This document shows, one piece after another, positions 1 through 8,817 of a stretch of DNA of 37,748 nucleotides; within the stretch, counting starts at the first letter, position 1, and each line of letters starts with the position of its first letter. Source of the DNA: a virus. Lineage: Duplodnaviria; Caudoviricetes. Under the pieces are notes generated by a model that was not told the DNA's origin, ran no database searches, and saw only the letters and a program-made list of their open reading frames with translations. A program made the position numbers and the translations under genes. Where the stretch lies: the IMG/VR virus record IMGVR_UViG_3300024232_000040, positions 1 through 37,748 of that record, one strand, 5' to 3'.

Positions 1-54
1 TTTCTCCGCGTCGTCCTGCCATCGCTGCTGACCCTGTTAGCGCCGAAGCCAAGC

Positions 55-411
55 TTGATCGCGCCAACGTTTCACCCGGTTTGTATCGATGAGCGCAGCT
101 ACTACGTTAATGTGGTGGCTGAGGCGATAGGGCGTCAGGAAAATTGCTATCGAAATCGGGGATGCCTTCTGTTTGTCGGCCAGCCGAGAGCGCACCTTGG
201 ACGCGGAGGTTACGCCGAATGGGCATCGGATGCGGAAAGCTTCGAAGCGCTGAAGCGGCACGTTGAGAAGCGGGCAGATTGGACGATTGGCGAGATTGTA
301 AAGCGCTACAACCTGCCGAATGAAAAATACACGGCGCTAGTGCTCGCCGGGACTGGTTTGGATGCGGGGATTCGAATCGCGGAACAGAATAGTTGCGAAG
401 GAGAAAAATGA
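55..411 (+). CDS. hypothetical phage protein (5' end uncertain, may begin before the window)
   Basis: ORF whose stop overlaps the next start (ATGA 408-411). Confidence 0.5.
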   Translation: MIAPTFHPVCIDERSYYVNVVAEAIGRQENCYRNRGCLLFVGQPRAHLGRGGYAEWASDAESFEALKRHVEKRADWTIGEIVKRYNLPNEKYTALVLAGTGLDAGIRIAEQNSCEGEK

Positions 412-752
412 CAGACGTAATCGCAGTGCTCCTTGCTATGAGGTCAGGGAAAGTCGCCGCTCATATCAATGAGAAGTTTTCAGATTGTCTCCGCGCCGTG
501 CTCGACACTGGCGGGAAAGGAGAGGTCACGATCAAGTTGCTGATTCGCCCTTCGAAGGTCGGAATGGGCGGCGTAGTTCTCGAAGTGGACATGGATGCCG
601 ACACTAAAGTAAAGAAGCCGGAATTGGCAATCGGTTCCAGTGTGTTCTTCGTGGACAAAGAAGGATCACTAACCCGCGAGGACCCGGATCAGGCCGGATT
701 GTTCGCGGCGGCGGAAGAGGTCCGAGAGGAGCAGGCCAATGGACGAGCTTAA
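408..752 (+). CDS. YfdP-like prophage protein (usual upstream partner of DUF2303)
   Basis: GAAGGAG RBS before ATG408; 'AVLDTGGKGEVTIKL...FFVDKEGSLTREDPDQ' pattern; adjacent to DUF2303. Confidence 0.7.
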   Translation: MTDVIAVLLAMRSGKVAAHINEKFSDCLRAVLDTGGKGEVTIKLLIRPSKVGMGGVVLEVDMDADTKVKKPELAIGSSVFFVDKEGSLTREDPDQAGLFAAAEEVREEQANGRA

Positions 753-1571
753 TGACAAGGCGATTGCCAAGCTGATAAACGTCGGGGAGATGATCGGACA
801 ACCGGTCCTAGTTCCTGGCGGGAATACTCCTTTCGCTGTCGTCCCCAATGACGCGCCAAGATCATCAACCTTGCGGAGTATGTCTACAATGACCGCTCTG
901 AGCGCCCGACGCGCATCAAGGGCACAGTAACGGTCCATGACGGCGCGTCGTTCGTCGAGTACTACAATCTGTTCAGCGATCCAAATTCGCGCGTCTTCGC
1001 CGACGAAGCGAACGAGAAGATACTGGCGATCCTGGACTACCACGGAGCCGGGAGCGATGGCGGGCCGCGCTGGGGGCAGCACCGCATTGACTTGAGTCTG
1101 CGACGGTCGAAAGAGTGGGGCATCTGGAAAGCGGCCAGCGGGAAGAAATTCACGCAAATGGACTTCGCGGAGTTCCTCGAAGACAACACCCCGGACATCA
1201 CGGAACCGAATGCCGCGACGATGCTGGACTGTGCGCGCGATCTCAAGGTGAAGTCGGATGTAGATTTCAACAGCAGCTTTCAACAGGCGAACGGGACGGT
1301 GCATTTCAAGTACTCCGAGCAAGTCGCCGGGAAGTTCGGCAGCGGGAATGTGGACGTGCCGGATTCTTTCAAGATTGCCATTCCGGTCCATGTCGGGGGC
1401 GCGCGGGTGTCGTTGACGGCGCGACTTAGGTTCAGAATTGGATCGGGGAAGCTCGGACTTTGGTTTGATCTGCTGCGCGCGGAAGAGGTCGAGCACAACG
1501 CATTCGTTGCGACTAAAGACGGCATCGCGAAAGACCTGGGCATCACGCTCATCTCGGGCACGCCCGCGTAA
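739..1571 (+). pseudogene. DUF2303/YfdQ-family protein, frameshifted near 853
   Basis: MDELNDKAI...PND continues after a frame change (GAC-GC-GCC-AAG) as AKIINLAEY...ILAILDYH...RWGQHR...FTQMDFAEFLEDN...LTARLRFR. Confidence 0.8.
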
Positions 1572-1575
1572 TCCA

Positions 1576-1704
1576 ATGTCCCTCTGTCTCGAAAATCGGC
1601 GGCAGCGCATCCGATGTCGGCGTTGCCGCAAAGCAGTGGTGACGAATAGCCGCACTCGCAAGTACTGCGTGGAGTGCGCGAAGGCGAAGCACGCGAAAAG
1701 ATGA
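1576..1704 (+). CDS. small Cys-rich, zinc-finger-like protein
   Basis: CRRC...KYCVEC; ATGA coupling to the next gene. Confidence 0.55.
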   Translation: MSLCLENRRQRIRCRRCRKAVVTNSRTRKYCVECAKAKHAKR

Positions 1705-1904
1705 CGGTATCTCGCGAGGAACTTATAAGGGTGCGGCTGATTTTAAGGGATGCCTGCCTCGAAGCGGCGGAACGAGGCGACGAAGCGCGAGCCAAGTACC
1801 TACTGTCGCTTTGCACCGATCTGTTTGAGATTCTTACCGCCGATCATGACAATCCAGCAGCGGTTTGGGCTTGCCTAGAGAAAAGCAGGGAGTTGTGCAG
1901 ATGA
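1701..1904 (+). CDS. hypothetical protein
   Basis: ATGA-coupled on both sides. Confidence 0.55.
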   Translation: MTVSREELIRVRLILRDACLEAAERGDEARAKYLLSLCTDLFEILTADHDNPAAVWACLEKSRELCR

Positions 1905-2116
1905 ACGAATCCGAGAGCGATCCACTCAACACGCTGTGCGCCGATGCAGATTTTCTGCGGCATTACCTAGCGAATTACGTGGTGTCGGTTCAGACGAAAG
2001 ACGAGCGCGGGTACGTTGTCAACAGCTTCGCGGCGGTGCAGATCCCTGACTGGGCGGTAAAGCAGCGGCTTGACGACATCGATGCAGCCATCGCGGAATT
2101 GCGGGCGAAGCCGTGA
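1901..2116 (+). CDS. hypothetical protein
   Basis: ATGA/GTGA-coupled; GGGGAG RBS. Confidence 0.55.
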   Translation: MNESESDPLNTLCADADFLRHYLANYVVSVQTKDERGYVVNSFAAVQIPDWAVKQRLDDIDAAIAELRAKP

Positions 2117-2523
2117 CGCTTCGCATATCGGAGTCGGCGGCGCGCAGGATGGGACTTGGCGGCAAAAAGCGGTCAAAATTCAATGTGGATCTCAGCGAGT
2201 CCGGCAAGGAAGCACGGACATATAACGGAGTTGAATATCATTCGGCTGCTGAAATGCGCTACGCGCAAATGCTCGATCAACGGAAGCGAGTAGGGGATAT
2301 CCGCGACTGGTGGGGCCAGCAGGCGCTACCGCTAAAGGTTAATGGAGTAACAGTCTGCAAGATGGTGTGCGACTTTAAAATCCTGCATCAAGGCGGAGAC
2401 GAGGCCGAATTCGTGGAAATAAAGGGATACGTCAGTGCGGTTTTTAAGATGAAGCTAAAGCTTCTAAAAGCGCTTCATCCGTCGATCAGATACACGGTAA
2501 TACCGGCGAAGGAAATTAGATGA
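2113..2523 (+). CDS. DUF1064-family PD-(D/E)XK nuclease
   Basis: SKFN...NGVEYHSAAE...VCDF...FVEIKG...FKMKLKL. Confidence 0.8.
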   Translation: MTLRISESAARRMGLGGKKRSKFNVDLSESGKEARTYNGVEYHSAAEMRYAQMLDQRKRVGDIRDWWGQQALPLKVNGVTVCKMVCDFKILHQGGDEAEFVEIKGYVSAVFKMKLKLLKALHPSIRYTVIPAKEIR

Positions 2524-3512
2524 CCGTAGAACGGGCACTGACGCAAGTCGAAACCGGAGTGGCGGCGACACTGTTCGGCGCTGATCCCAAGACGGCCTAT
2601 CGGAATCTGGCGCAGTTGATTCACCCTGACAAAGTAGATGCCAAGCTGAAGAAGCGCGCGCAGGAAGCGTTCGCTAAGTTGTCGAGGCTCTATGCAGAGT
2701 TGAACGGCAAGCCTGCGGCATCGGTCGAGAAAGTAATCGGTAACTGGATTGTAAGTGATCCGCTGGCAAAAGGCGATCTGTGTGATCTGTACCGGGCGCG
2801 GAGCGTGAAAGATGAAAACGTGAAAGCGGTTTTCAAGCTGGCGCGGTCTCCGAAGGATGCTGACTTGCTCGAAGAGGAATATGTTTCCCTCGGCATCCTG
2901 AACAACTTCAAGGGATCGGACAACTTCAAGAAGTACCTCCCGCGTGTTCTGGATCGCGTGGAGGCATCGGGGCGGCGGGCTAACATCGTTTCGCTGGCGG
3001 AAGAGAGTCACACACTGGCAGACATCATCGGACTGTATCCCAACGGGAGTTTAGATTTCCGGCACGTCATATGGATGGCAAACCGCGCCTTGAGCGCGCT
3101 AGGCTTCGCGCATTCGGCGGGGATCGTTCACGGATGTGTAATCCCCGAGCACCTGCTTTATGGGCCGGTGACGCACTCTCTCACGCTAGTTGACTGGTGC
3201 TACTCCGTAAGTGCCGAGAGCAAGAAGCACATACCGGCAATCGCTAAAGATCGCAAGGATTTGTATCCGCCAGAGGTTTCGCGCAAGTTCCCAGCGCATC
3301 CGGCGACCGATATTTACATGCTTTTCGCTTCGTTGTCCGCTACGGGTGCGAAGATCCCTAAGCAGTTCAAGGGTATTTTTGACTGGTGTTTGGCCTCATC
3401 CCCGAGATCGCGGCCAGATTCAGCGTGGGAGTTGCAAGATAGATGGATGAAGACCGCCGAAGAGGTTTACGGAAAGCCTAAATATATTCCGCTGGAGATC
3501 CCCAAGCAATGA
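2520..3512 (+). CDS. J-domain-like (HPD) fused to a Ser/Thr protein kinase-like domain (probable pseudokinase)
   Basis: AYRNLAQLIHPDK...AQEAFAKLSRLY; kinase motifs LAKGDL, VFKLAR, LLEEE, HSAGIVHGCVIPEHLL, LVDWCYS, YPPEV, TDIY. Confidence 0.85.
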   Translation: MTVERALTQVETGVAATLFGADPKTAYRNLAQLIHPDKVDAKLKKRAQEAFAKLSRLYAELNGKPAASVEKVIGNWIVSDPLAKGDLCDLYRARSVKDENVKAVFKLARSPKDADLLEEEYVSLGILNNFKGSDNFKKYLPRVLDRVEASGRRANIVSLAEESHTLADIIGLYPNGSLDFRHVIWMANRALSALGFAHSAGIVHGCVIPEHLLYGPVTHSLTLVDWCYSVSAESKKHIPAIAKDRKDLYPPEVSRKFPAHPATDIYMLFASLSATGAKIPKQFKGIFDWCLASSPRSRPDSAWELQDRWMKTAEEVYGKPKYIPLEIPKQ

Positions 3513-4060
3513 CACTGTGTGAATGTGGATGCGGCCTTCCTGCTCCGATAGCATCCCATACCAGAACGGAGATGGGGCATGTAAAGGGATTCCCAGTTAG
3601 GTTCATCCGTGGCCATCGCGCGCGCCTTCAGCATCAGGAAACGGCGGCAAGATGGAACGGCGGAACGAGCACGTGCAAAGGATACCATACCGTTCAGGCC
3701 CCTACGCATCCTCGCGCTGACCGGCGCGGTTATGTTTTCCAGCATATTCTCATTGCCGAGAAAGCACTAGGGAGAGAGATAAGTCTCCCGATAGAGGTTC
3801 ACCACGTGAATGAGATAAGGTCTGATAATAGGCCCTTCAATTTAGTAATTTGTCAGGATCGGGAATATCATCAACTTTTGCACCAACGGCGACGGGCATT
3901 GTTGGCCTGCGGCCACGCCGACTGGAGAAAATGTCCGTATTGTAAGCGCTACGATGCCACCGAGAACATGAGGGCGCGGAAATCGGGATTGCACTATCAC
4001 TTAGAGTGTGATCGAGAGCGGCAGCAACATATAAGAGATTTGGCAAAAGGAGCCAAGTAA
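3509..4060 (+). CDS. HNH homing endonuclease-like protein
   Basis: N-terminal CECGCG...RFIRGH; YVFQHILIAEKALGR...EVHHVNEIRSDNRPFNL. Confidence 0.85.
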   Translation: MTLCECGCGLPAPIASHTRTEMGHVKGFPVRFIRGHRARLQHQETAARWNGGTSTCKGYHTVQAPTHPRADRRGYVFQHILIAEKALGREISLPIEVHHVNEIRSDNRPFNLVICQDREYHQLLHQRRRALLACGHADWRKCPYCKRYDATENMRARKSGLHYHLECDRERQQHIRDLAKGAK

Positions 4061-4061
4061 T

Positions 4062-5093
4062 ATGGGTTCATCTAGTTATAGCACAGACGATTACAATGCA
4101 CGCAGTTCGATGCGCAGCAGTATTTCAAAAGACAGAGGCATAGACATAAAGTCTGCGACCTTTGCCTATAACCACTCAATTAAGACTGGGAAAGCAGCTA
4201 AGGCGGTCCACACTAGTCTCAAGCCCTCAATGGCGATCCGCGAGAGCAGGGACTCAGCCGCGCATCCGGTGAGTGTGCCGATAGCAGTGTTCCTGGATAC
4301 CACAGGGAGCATGGCGCAGGTGCCTGTCACGATTCAGCAGAAGCTCTCGCACCTAATGGGCTGTTTTCTGGATGACAAAGCTTCCGGCAAGCGCTATCTG
4401 GGTGATGGCTATCCAGCTATCCTCGTCGGAGCGGTGGACGACTACGACGCTCAACTAGGAGCATTGGGCAGCGCGGAGGGTTGCTTGCAAACGGCTCAAT
4501 TTGAGAGCGGTTTGGAACTGGATGACAATCTCACCAATCTCTGGCTCACGGAGAACGGCGGCGGCACCTACCACGAGTCATATGAATTGGCGCTCTATTT
4601 CGCGGCGCGCCATACCGTCCATGATCACTGGGAAAAACGTGGCCGCAAGGGCTACATCTTTTTGATAGGCGATGAGCACGCTTATCCCGTCGTCAAGCAG
4701 GCCGAAGTCAAGGCGGTCTTTGGAGACTCTATCCAAGGCGATATCACGACCGAGGAAATTGTCAAGGAAGCCAAGGAGCGCTACCATGTGTTTTTCCTGC
4801 TTCCCAATCTTACTCAGCACTATGGGGACGCGAGCCTTGAGAAGTACTGGGTGGGGCTACTTGGCCAACAGAATGTAATCAAGTTGGCCCATCCCGAGAA
4901 AATCTGTGAATGTATCGCTGCGGCGGTCGCCATTTGCGAGGAACACGTAGGCGTCAATGATATCTCATCGGATCTCGGGTTCGACACGACGGCGCTTGTT
5001 CCTCTGAGCAAAGCAGGGCATGACGTGAGCCGCTACTCGGCTGATGGGCTGGCTCCGATAGCTGGCGCGGCAGGTGGGGTCGAGCGGCTGTAA
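4062..5093 (+). CDS. von Willebrand factor A (vWA) domain protein
   Basis: MIDAS-like FLDTTGSM; GGGTYHESYELALYF; YIFLIGDE. Confidence 0.85.
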   Translation: MGSSSYSTDDYNARSSMRSSISKDRGIDIKSATFAYNHSIKTGKAAKAVHTSLKPSMAIRESRDSAAHPVSVPIAVFLDTTGSMAQVPVTIQQKLSHLMGCFLDDKASGKRYLGDGYPAILVGAVDDYDAQLGALGSAEGCLQTAQFESGLELDDNLTNLWLTENGGGTYHESYELALYFAARHTVHDHWEKRGRKGYIFLIGDEHAYPVVKQAEVKAVFGDSIQGDITTEEIVKEAKERYHVFFLLPNLTQHYGDASLEKYWVGLLGQQNVIKLAHPEKICECIAAAVAICEEHVGVNDISSDLGFDTTALVPLSKAGHDVSRYSADGLAPIAGAAGGVERL

Positions 5094-5094
5094 A

Positions 5095-6273
5095 ATGTCC
5101 GATGCGTTCATAGTTGTGGGGCTCGGTTACGGTGACGAAGGGAAAGGGTCCACCGTGGACGCGATCACGCGCACGACAGGTGCTAGGCTTGTCGTGCGCT
5201 TCTCCGGTGGGCCACAATGCGCCCATACGGTTGTGTGTTCGGATGGCCGCTGGCATACATTCGCGCAGTTCGGCAGCGGTACATTCGCGGGCGCAAAAAC
5301 ATATCTATCGCGGTTCATGCTTGTCGAGCCGTTCGCATTGCTGAACGAGCATGAAGTCCTCGCGCCAAAGGTCGGGCGGTCTGCCCTGAAAGACGTTTAC
5401 ATTGAAGCCGGATCGCCAGTCATAACGCCGTTTCATTGGCTGACGCAGAGGTTGCGTGCTGGTACGAAAGGCGCATCTTGCGGCGTCGGGCTGGGCGAGC
5501 TTCGCGCGGATCAGGTAGATAATCAACCAGTCATGACGGCAGGCGATTTGGCCGATTGGGATTGGACAAAGCGGTATTTCGAATTGCGGCGGATTCGCGA
5601 GCGCAAGATTGAACAGGTTTTGGCGTTCGGCGGCGATGCGTCACAATTAGAGCAAGCTTCGCTCTACAGTATCCTCTACGCTTACGAGCGCTTCGCGAAG
5701 AAAGTCAACATCGTTCCCAACGGGCGACTGCGGGAGATGGCTGATGGGCCGGTGGTATTCGAAGGGAATCAGGGTGTTTTGCTCGATGAAATCCATGGCT
5801 CCGCGCCGTTTAACACTTGGACTGACACGACCTTTCGTAACGCGGATCGCCTACTGGACGGTTTGGGAATGGATGTTCATCGTGTCGGCGTTGTGCGAAC
5901 CTACTTCACGCGGCATGGAGCAGGACCATTTGTCACGGAATACGAGACCGGGCCACGGCATCCCGAGCCTCATAACGCGACCGGAGAATGGCAAGGAGTA
6001 TTCAGGCAGGGACGGTTCGATGCGCGCGCTGTGCGCTACGCAATCGATGTGTGCGGCGGCGTAGATAGTTTGGCTGTGACTCATTGCGACCGACTGGGCG
6101 ACTGGTTCACTTATGCGGATGGCGAAAAGGGCAGCGTATTCGACTACGATCCGATCTACACCATGTCACGCAAGGCATTGCCGGACCTTTTACCAAAAAT
6201 CGTCGGTGCTGAGGTAGGTTGGCTGTCGCACGGTCCATGCGCGGAGCACAAGATGGCGCTGGTGGCGGCGTGA
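5095..6273 (+). CDS. divergent adenylosuccinate synthetase (PurA)-like protein
   Basis: GLGYGDEGKG, VRFSGGPQCAHTV, FEGNQGVLLD, YFTRHGAGPF, SHGP; lacks the canonical G(A/T)TTGRxR loop. Confidence 0.9.
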   Translation: MSDAFIVVGLGYGDEGKGSTVDAITRTTGARLVVRFSGGPQCAHTVVCSDGRWHTFAQFGSGTFAGAKTYLSRFMLVEPFALLNEHEVLAPKVGRSALKDVYIEAGSPVITPFHWLTQRLRAGTKGASCGVGLGELRADQVDNQPVMTAGDLADWDWTKRYFELRRIRERKIEQVLAFGGDASQLEQASLYSILYAYERFAKKVNIVPNGRLREMADGPVVFEGNQGVLLDEIHGSAPFNTWTDTTFRNADRLLDGLGMDVHRVGVVRTYFTRHGAGPFVTEYETGPRHPEPHNATGEWQGVFRQGRFDARAVRYAIDVCGGVDSLAVTHCDRLGDWFTYADGEKGSVFDYDPIYTMSRKALPDLLPKIVGAEVGWLSHGPCAEHKMALVAA

Positions 6274-6284
6274 AAAGATTTTCC

Positions 6285-6314
6285 TTCCTTTCCCGTCGAT
6301 TTTCATGTTATCTT
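6285..6314 (+). promoter_or_regulatory. possible extended -10 promoter for the downstream structured RNA
   Basis: TGnTATCTT at 6306-6314 predicts +1 near 6321, where the first helix starts; weak -35. Confidence 0.3.
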
Positions 6315-6320
6315 TTTATC

Positions 6321-6624
6321 TGAAGCAACTTTTTACGTCTAGGGCCGTCAAGGATGGGGCATAAGCAACCCCGCATTTAAAACTTGACGGCCATTTGCTT
6401 TTACGGCAGAATGAACCTGCTAAGACGTAAGATGCTTCAAGGTTCCCAAACCTCGAACGGGTTGCTTCGCAAGACGGCTTTCCCCAAACACAAAACAACG
6501 GCTTGCTGCTGTAAGGGATTACAGGAATTGGCTCTGATGGAGCCGTGCGTCAATGAAAACCGGGCTCCGGGCTGGTGGTCAGATCCAGCAAACGCGGCTA
6601 CGCCCCGGTGCACGTCACTCGAAT
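6321..6624 (+). ncRNA. candidate large structured ncRNA, 5' part (interrupted by IS1595)
   Basis: helices 6321-6327/6433-6439, 6331-6340/6423-6432, 6343-6352/6383-6392, plus long-range helices to 8860-9143. Confidence 0.65.
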
Positions 6625-6680
6625 GGGATTTATATACATGACTCCCTTTCAGGGTGTTGATTATAAAGCGAATAAAATAC

Positions 6681-6709
6681 TTGACTCCCGCAAGGGAATA
6701 AAGTACTAT
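6681..6709 (+). promoter_or_regulatory. sigma70-type promoter inside the IS left end
   Basis: TTGACT-17 bp-TACTAT, then AAGGAG at 6721. Confidence 0.75.
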
Positions 6710-6736
6710 GGTGGTGCGGTAAGGAGCCGCTACCAG

Positions 6737-7048
6737 ATGCAACAAACGTTTAGATTGGCCGATTCCGAATGCAGTTTTATCGCGCAGGCCCTTGTGCTTG
6801 CTGCCGACAAATACGTCGGCTTTGCGTGCGATGCCCTTGGCATGGCGGGCGGCGAAAGGCTTCAGCAGCAATTTTTGAGACAGGCCACGGAAGCACGAAA
6901 GTTTGCAATCGTTTTCGGCGACAGCGACGGAATCAGCATTCCCACAAGTACCAATCTGCGGCAGGCCGGTCATGATGCAGGCCGCATAACCAATCAGCAG
7001 TTCGCGGACACGATCAGGGAATATCGGGCGCAAGGCAAGGTGGCATAA
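6737..7048 (+). CDS. IS passenger gene 1, hypothetical
   Basis: follows the promoter and RBS; TAA directly abuts the next ATG. Confidence 0.65.
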   Translation: MQQTFRLADSECSFIAQALVLAADKYVGFACDALGMAGGERLQQQFLRQATEARKFAIVFGDSDGISIPTSTNLRQAGHDAGRITNQQFADTIREYRAQGKVA

Positions 7049-7423
7049 ATGACTCGCTTCATGAACTACATCAGCAATGCGAAGGTTATAACCGCCATCA
7101 GCGAAAGCATCCCGCGTGCAGGTCAGGCCGTGCGCCTTTGCCGGGACTTGGCGTCGGAAAATCTTGCCGCCGAGGAAGCTATAGTTTCGGCTGTCCTGCG
7201 CGCCAAAAACTTTATCGCCGACGAACTCGAATGCCGCGAAAGCTCGATGATGCCGCCATCCGATGGGGATGCAGCCTACATCGAGTCCGCTAAAGCCGCC
7301 CTGCTGGCAATTGAACAGATCGAAACCTACCTCGGCGTTGACTGGGTAGACGTTCACGATATTGAGGCCCCTATCTGGGATGGCAAGGGTGTAGCCGGTG
7401 GAACTTTCGAGAGGGGCGAGTAA
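7049..7423 (+). CDS. IS passenger gene 2, hypothetical
   Basis: zero-gap junctions on both sides. Confidence 0.65.
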   Translation: MTRFMNYISNAKVITAISESIPRAGQAVRLCRDLASENLAAEEAIVSAVLRAKNFIADELECRESSMMPPSDGDAAYIESAKAALLAIEQIETYLGVDWVDVHDIEAPIWDGKGVAGGTFERGE

Positions 7424-7726
7424 ATGCATACCCCTGGACCATGGAAGTACACCATGAACGTCGGGCCTACCAAGGCCCTGATAGTCGAGACGGATGGATC
7501 GACGGTGGTAGAGATCGGCAATCGAACCCACGATAGTCGGTTTCTTCCAAACACCCGCCTGATCGCGGCCGCGCCCGATCTGCTTGAAGCATTGCGCGGC
7601 ATGGAAAAGGCTTCCGAAGAAATCGCCGTGGAATTCATCGAGCGCAAGAGGGCGACTAACTGGGCTGTCGTAAACGACGCCTATGTCGCTGCGGCGCGGG
7701 CTATCGCCAAAGCGGAGGGCCGCTAG
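7424..7726 (+). CDS. IS passenger gene 3, common small phage protein
   Basis: MHTPGPW...RLIAAAPDLLEAL...ARAIAKAEG motif typical of small phage ORFs. Confidence 0.75.
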   Translation: MHTPGPWKYTMNVGPTKALIVETDGSTVVEIGNRTHDSRFLPNTRLIAAAPDLLEALRGMEKASEEIAVEFIERKRATNWAVVNDAYVAAARAIAKAEGR

Positions 7727-8647
7727 ATGTCTAAGTCCACGATCAGCACCTTCAAGCTCTTCGAGGTTTTCCCAAATGAAGAGACGGCGCGCAAGTACCT
7801 CGAAGATCGGCTTTGGCCGAACGGCGTTAAGTGCCCGACGTGCGCCGGTACCGAGCGCATCACAACCCGCAAGGACGGCTTCTATCGCTGCAACCCCTGC
7901 CAGCTTGATTTCACCGTCCGTACCGGAACGATCTTCGGGCGGTCGCACATCCCTCTGCATAAATGGATCTACGCCATGTACCTCGTTGTGACGGCGCGAA
8001 AGGGTATCTCTTCGATGCAACTTGCCAAGGAAATTGGCGTTACCCAGAAGTCGGCATGGTTTATGCTCTGCCGTTTGCGTGAGGCGTGCGGCTCCGACGA
8101 CGGGCGCGGCAAACTCCAAGGCGTCATCGAGATCGACGAAGTGTTCATTGGCGGGAAGGACTCCAACAAGCACGCGCATAAGCGAGAAGGGCGGCGCGGG
8201 TCGAAAGGCAAAACCGCCGTCCTTGGCTTGCGTGAGCGCGGCGGGCGAACGGTCGCCATGCCTATCGGCGACCGGACCATCCACACGATTCAATCCGAGA
8301 TTCACGGCGCGGTTGAAGTCGGCTCCACGCTGTACACCGACGAAGCTCCGGCCTACGCCGATCTTAATGGCCTGTTCTTTCGCGCCCAGAGCGTCAACCA
8401 CAGCGCCGGGGAGTACGTTAAGGGTTCGTGTCATACGAACTCGATTGAGAGCGTGTGGGCCGTCCTGAAACGCGGTATTCACGGCGTCTACCATCAGGTC
8501 AGCGTCAAGCACCTTAGACGGTACGTTGACGAGTTCACTTTCCGGCTGAATCAAGGGAACGTCGAGCGCCACACATTTGAGCGGCTGGATTCGTTCATTG
8601 ACGCGGTAGTCGGGAAGCGGATTACCTACAAGCAGGTGACCGCGTGA
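7727..8647 (+). CDS. IS1595-family (ISXO2-like) DDE transposase
   Basis: Zn ribbon CPTC...CNPC; GISSMQL; IEIDEVFIGG; LYTDE; HTNSIESVW; YVDEFTFR. Confidence 0.95.
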   Translation: MSKSTISTFKLFEVFPNEETARKYLEDRLWPNGVKCPTCAGTERITTRKDGFYRCNPCQLDFTVRTGTIFGRSHIPLHKWIYAMYLVVTARKGISSMQLAKEIGVTQKSAWFMLCRLREACGSDDGRGKLQGVIEIDEVFIGGKDSNKHAHKREGRRGSKGKTAVLGLRERGGRTVAMPIGDRTIHTIQSEIHGAVEVGSTLYTDEAPAYADLNGLFFRAQSVNHSAGEYVKGSCHTNSIESVWAVLKRGIHGVYHQVSVKHLRRYVDEFTFRLNQGNVERHTFERLDSFIDAVVGKRITYKQVTA

Positions 8648-8817
8648 AGGTCCCAAATCCTGCTTACGTGATGCGAATGAACGCTGAGGCGGCGAGGTTT
8701 GCTGGCGTGCCGGAGGAACTCGACAAGATCGCGGACGTAGCGCTGAATTACCGCCCGAAAAACAAGCAGAAAAAGGCCAAGCGCCGAAAGAAACGGAAGG
8801 CCAAACGGAATGTTTAA
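8644..8817 (+). CDS. small basic ORF at the IS right end
   Basis: GTGA overlap with the transposase stop; ELDKIADVALNYRPK followed by a K/R-rich tail; ends 3 nt before the TIR. Confidence 0.55.
   Translation: MKVPNPAYVMRMNAEAARFAGVPEELDKIADVALNYRPKNKQKKAKRRKKRKAKRNV

Noticed and set aside
669-1661. 330-aa minus-strand ORF
   Set aside because: Antisense shadow of the DUF2303 locus.
5095-6273. PurZ / 2-aminoadenine (Z-genome) pathway
   Set aside because: GDEGKG is retained rather than GSTGKG, the aspartate loop is missing, and no datZ or mazZ is nearby.
6534-6560. Hammerhead ribozyme (CTGATGG...GAAA)
   Set aside because: The core is CUGAUGG, not CUGANGA, and no stem II lies between it and GAAA.
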